DNA from: Octopus bimaculoides
Lineage: Eukaryota
Length of the DNA stretch: 39,495 nucleotides
NCBI RefSeq assembly: GCF_001194135.2
Contig: NC_068992.1
Location: forward strand, 50,256,870-50,296,364
Direction of reading: 5' to 3'
Shown: piece by piece, positions 36,690 through 39,495 of the stretch
How positions within the stretch are numbered: the stretch's first letter is position 1
Layout of the letters: each line of letters starts with the position of its first letter
Program-made: the position numbers and the translations under genes
The notes under the pieces: generated by a model
Databases searched by the model: none
Told to the model about the DNA's origin: nothing
What the model saw: the letters and a program-made list of their open reading frames with translations, nothing else

Positions 36690-36850
36690 GTTGTGTCGAC
36701 GCCCCCAAGCGAAGAAGTAGGATCGCCGAAGATATATAAATAGAGGTAGTCTGACCGTGGTAGGGTGTTGAGTAGCTGTTGAGTAGTAGTCGAGTAGCGG
36801 TTGAGTAGAGATCATCCGAAGGTGCTAGATAGCAGTAGCTTGAAACATAA
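36690..36850 (+). mobile_element. Penelope-like pseudo-LTR remnant
   Basis: TATAAATA at 36735-36742, short GAGTAG repeats, then CCGAAGG-TGCTA/TAGCT-TGAAAC-ATA at 36816-36849, a degenerate hammerhead. Confidence 0.45.
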
Positions 36851-37009
36851 CACATACAAACATACATGTATACATACATGCATGCATATATGCATACATA
36901 TGTGTACATACACAGGCATATTTCATTGAAATCGGACCGAATTTTTTATCTCGTAACTTGAGTTTCACGCCACCGCGATCTTCAGGTAAGAAGATTTCAC
37001 CTAAATATC

Positions 37010-37620
37010 CATCCACACTGTCATTCAGCAAGCTTAGACTCGTCAGTTTCCTTACATCTCTTCTCCAGACAGCTATCTTTGACTTTTCAGGAGAAGCTCA
37101 TGCAGAAGGTTCCTCTATAATCAGAGCACTCTCTTTAGTTTCTCTTTTCAAAAATTGGGATTAACAGCTTTTAACATTTCGGGGCGTGTTTCACACATTT
37201 CAGCGCCTTTCTGCATATCAGTGTTTTAATCACTCTTATCACTTCACCCTCTGTGAAGTTAGTTTTTGCTCTTAAATGCATCTCGTGTACACTAAAAGAT
37301 TTTATTGTAGCTGGATTTTGGAGATCAGGAACATATTCTTTCCACTTCTCAAGAATGCTCTTCTCTGGAGAGGGAAGAACCCTTGACGAGTACTTAATGG
37401 TAAGATTTCAGATGATTTCCAGCTGAATTCCAAAGTCTTCACATAACATAGCCTTGGTAGCTTTTGTGAGGCTGCAGCAATTTTTCGTGCCTCAGTATAC
37501 AAATTGTGCAAAAGAGAAGACTTGTTTCGCCAAGTTTGTAATATTCCTTCTTTGCTCAGATGGCAAATTTAATTTCCTCGTTAAACGAGGGATTTCTTTT
37601 ACCACCTCGTGGTACACCGA
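37010..37620 (-). mobile_element. Decayed RTE-clade LINE fragment (linker plus RT N-terminus)
   Basis: Minus strand: ILEKWKEY (37333-37356), PEMLKA, PIFEK, ECSDYRG (37111-37131), CLEKRCKE (37048-37071) and QCG, matching RTE ...PIFKKGD..ECSNYRGISLLS..GK....EKR...QCGFR. Confidence 0.85.
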
Positions 37621-37659
37621 TATGTGTGCGTGCGCGATATGTGTGTCCTTGTGTCTGTG

Positions 37660-37862
37660 TTTGTCCCACACCACTACTTGATAACTGGTGTTGGTATTTT
37701 TGCGTCTCTGTAACTTAGCGGTTCGGCGAAACAAGCCGATAGAATAAGTATCAGGCTTAAAAATAATGTAACTTCTGGGGTCGATCCGTTCGACTAAAAA
37801 TTCTTCAAGGCGGTGCCCCATCATGGCTGCGGGCTAGTGAATGAACAAGTAAAAGATAAAAA
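37660..37862 (+). mobile_element. SINE family B, 3' part
   Basis: TAACTTAGCGGTTCGGC...GATAGAATAAGTA...CAAGGCGGTGCCCCATCATGGC...ACAAGTAAAAGATAAAA. Confidence 0.88.
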
Positions 37863-37925
37863 AACATATTTATGTTGAATGTAGACACGCGCGAACGTGT
37901 ATATATAATAACCACATTGCTATAA

Positions 37926-38142
37926 CGAGTGGGTACTGAGAAGTTTTGGGCTTTGGGTAAAAGAAAATACAGAAGAACCAGTTAATTATGATTTTATTCA
38001 ACATATTCGCCTCTCAGAATCACACACGCATTGCAGCAGTCCTTAAGTTTTTCTAAGCCCTGTAAAAGAACTCGGAAGGTTGGGCCTCCAACCAGACCTT
38101 TCGTGATATTCTTAAAGCCAGGAACTTTTCAGCAATCCTTCG
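37926..38142. mobile_element. Tc1/mariner-type MITE
   Basis: Left CGAGTGGGTACTGAGAAGTTTTGGGCTTT versus the reverse complement of the right end CGAAGGATTGCTGAAAAGTTCCTGGCTTT (~29-bp imperfect TIR); TA follows the right end. Confidence 0.78.
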
Positions 38143-38424
38143 TATATATTTACATTATGCACATAAGATACCTTTTCAGCAACAACAGCAACAACAACAA
38201 AAGTAGTGATACTGAAACATTTAAACCTTTAAGACGCTGACGAAAATATCGATTATTTTTAATTACTGCGGAAGACAATACTGCCCAGATAATAATGACT
38301 TCTAGTTCTCTCTAATGACTTAGATAATTTGATTAAGTATTACAGCGCTAAATTTAGTATATATGTATTTTATGTATGTATGTATGTATGTATGTATGTA
38401 TGTATGTATGTATGTATGTATGAA

Positions 38425-38478
38425 TATTGTTGGCACTCCGTCGCTTACGACGTCGAGGGTTCCAGTTGATCCGATCTA
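38425..38478 (-). mobile_element. SINE family C, 3' tip
   Basis: TGGCACTCCGTCGCTTACGACGTCGAGGGTTCCAGTTGATCCGATC is the reverse complement of ~20957-21000. Confidence 0.92.
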
Positions 38479-38879
38479 CCTGTATGTATATATAAATATA
38501 TATATATAAACACACACACATACATACACGCACACAGATATGTGTGTATATATACACACACACACATATATATATATACATACATATATGTATATATACA
38601 TACATATATGCATAAATACATACATATATGCATAAATACATACATATATATATACACATACATACATACATACATGCATACATATATATATATATATATA
38701 TATTAATCCAGATATATATCAGGGTGTGTCAAAAGTACATTCCCATTTAAAGATCGCTTATCATATTCACTTCTCAACATCCGTTCACTTTTCCCATATT
38801 TATTATCTATAACTGACCTTTCACATTAGAGATTAAGCCCCTTATTTCATCTCCTTTCTCCATTAACCCTCTTTTTTAG

Positions 38880-38911
<32 letters not shown>

Positions 38912-39348
38912 CTTGGTCAGTGATCGTTTTTTCATTTATATAGCGGAAATGTATCAATGCAATGAACTAGTATGTATGTATGTCATTGTTCAGTTTTATC
39001 TCAAGATTTCTTGCCAATAGAGAAAGAGCCGGTTTCTAACCTAGATTCAAGGCTCCTTCATTGGAATTTCAACAATATCAACAGGGTATTTTTGTTTGCA
39101 TGTATGTATGTATGTATGTATGTATGTATGTATGCATATGTGCGAATTTGTATGCTTTGCTTTAAGTATGTATTCTCGTGCATATAATTGCATATCTAGA
39201 AATGCTTATATATATTTAAATAATAAACTTCTAGAAAGTTTTATAGATTTTTACAGTTCCAGTGATGGCTTGGATCTGTAGTCTTCGAATTAGCTTTCTC
39301 CATTCTGGTTTTGAGAAACCTAATTTCTCAAGATTGTGTATGTATGCA

Positions 39349-39383
<35 letters not shown>

Positions 39384-39495
39384 ATGTATGTATGTATGTA
39401 TGTATGTATGTATGTGTGTGTGTGTCTATACACACACACACACACACACACATATTTGTGTGTATATGTATGCATGGTTTTATACACGATCAGGT

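Overview
Eukaryotic, AT-rich, repeat-saturated genomic DNA from a draft assembly with many N gaps. The SINE families and the density of (CA)n, (TACA)n, (TAGA)n and (GAT)n repeats look like Octopus (coleoid cephalopod); this is from recall, not a database search. Nearly all listed ORFs are artefacts of microsatellites or N runs. Supported content: about 25 tRNA-derived SINE copies from roughly four families; decayed LINE reverse transcriptase fragments (CR1-group 2185-3160, R4/Dong-like 3500-4940, RTE 37010-37620); a Penelope GIY-YIG endonuclease tail; a Mutator-like transposase fragment; and several MITEs. No intact gene, rRNA, true tRNA or CRISPR array can be supported. Most notable: (i) a near-intact minimal hammerhead ribozyme of the Penelope type plus several degenerate relatives; (ii) a 545-bp element with 39-bp TIRs and an 8-bp TSD carrying a fold-back of telomeric repeats; (iii) a 73-bp 97%-identical duplicate of otherwise unique sequence; (iv) phase-compatible short + strand exon candidates of an unidentified host gene. 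I found no convincing wholly new system; the findings are leads of moderate interest.
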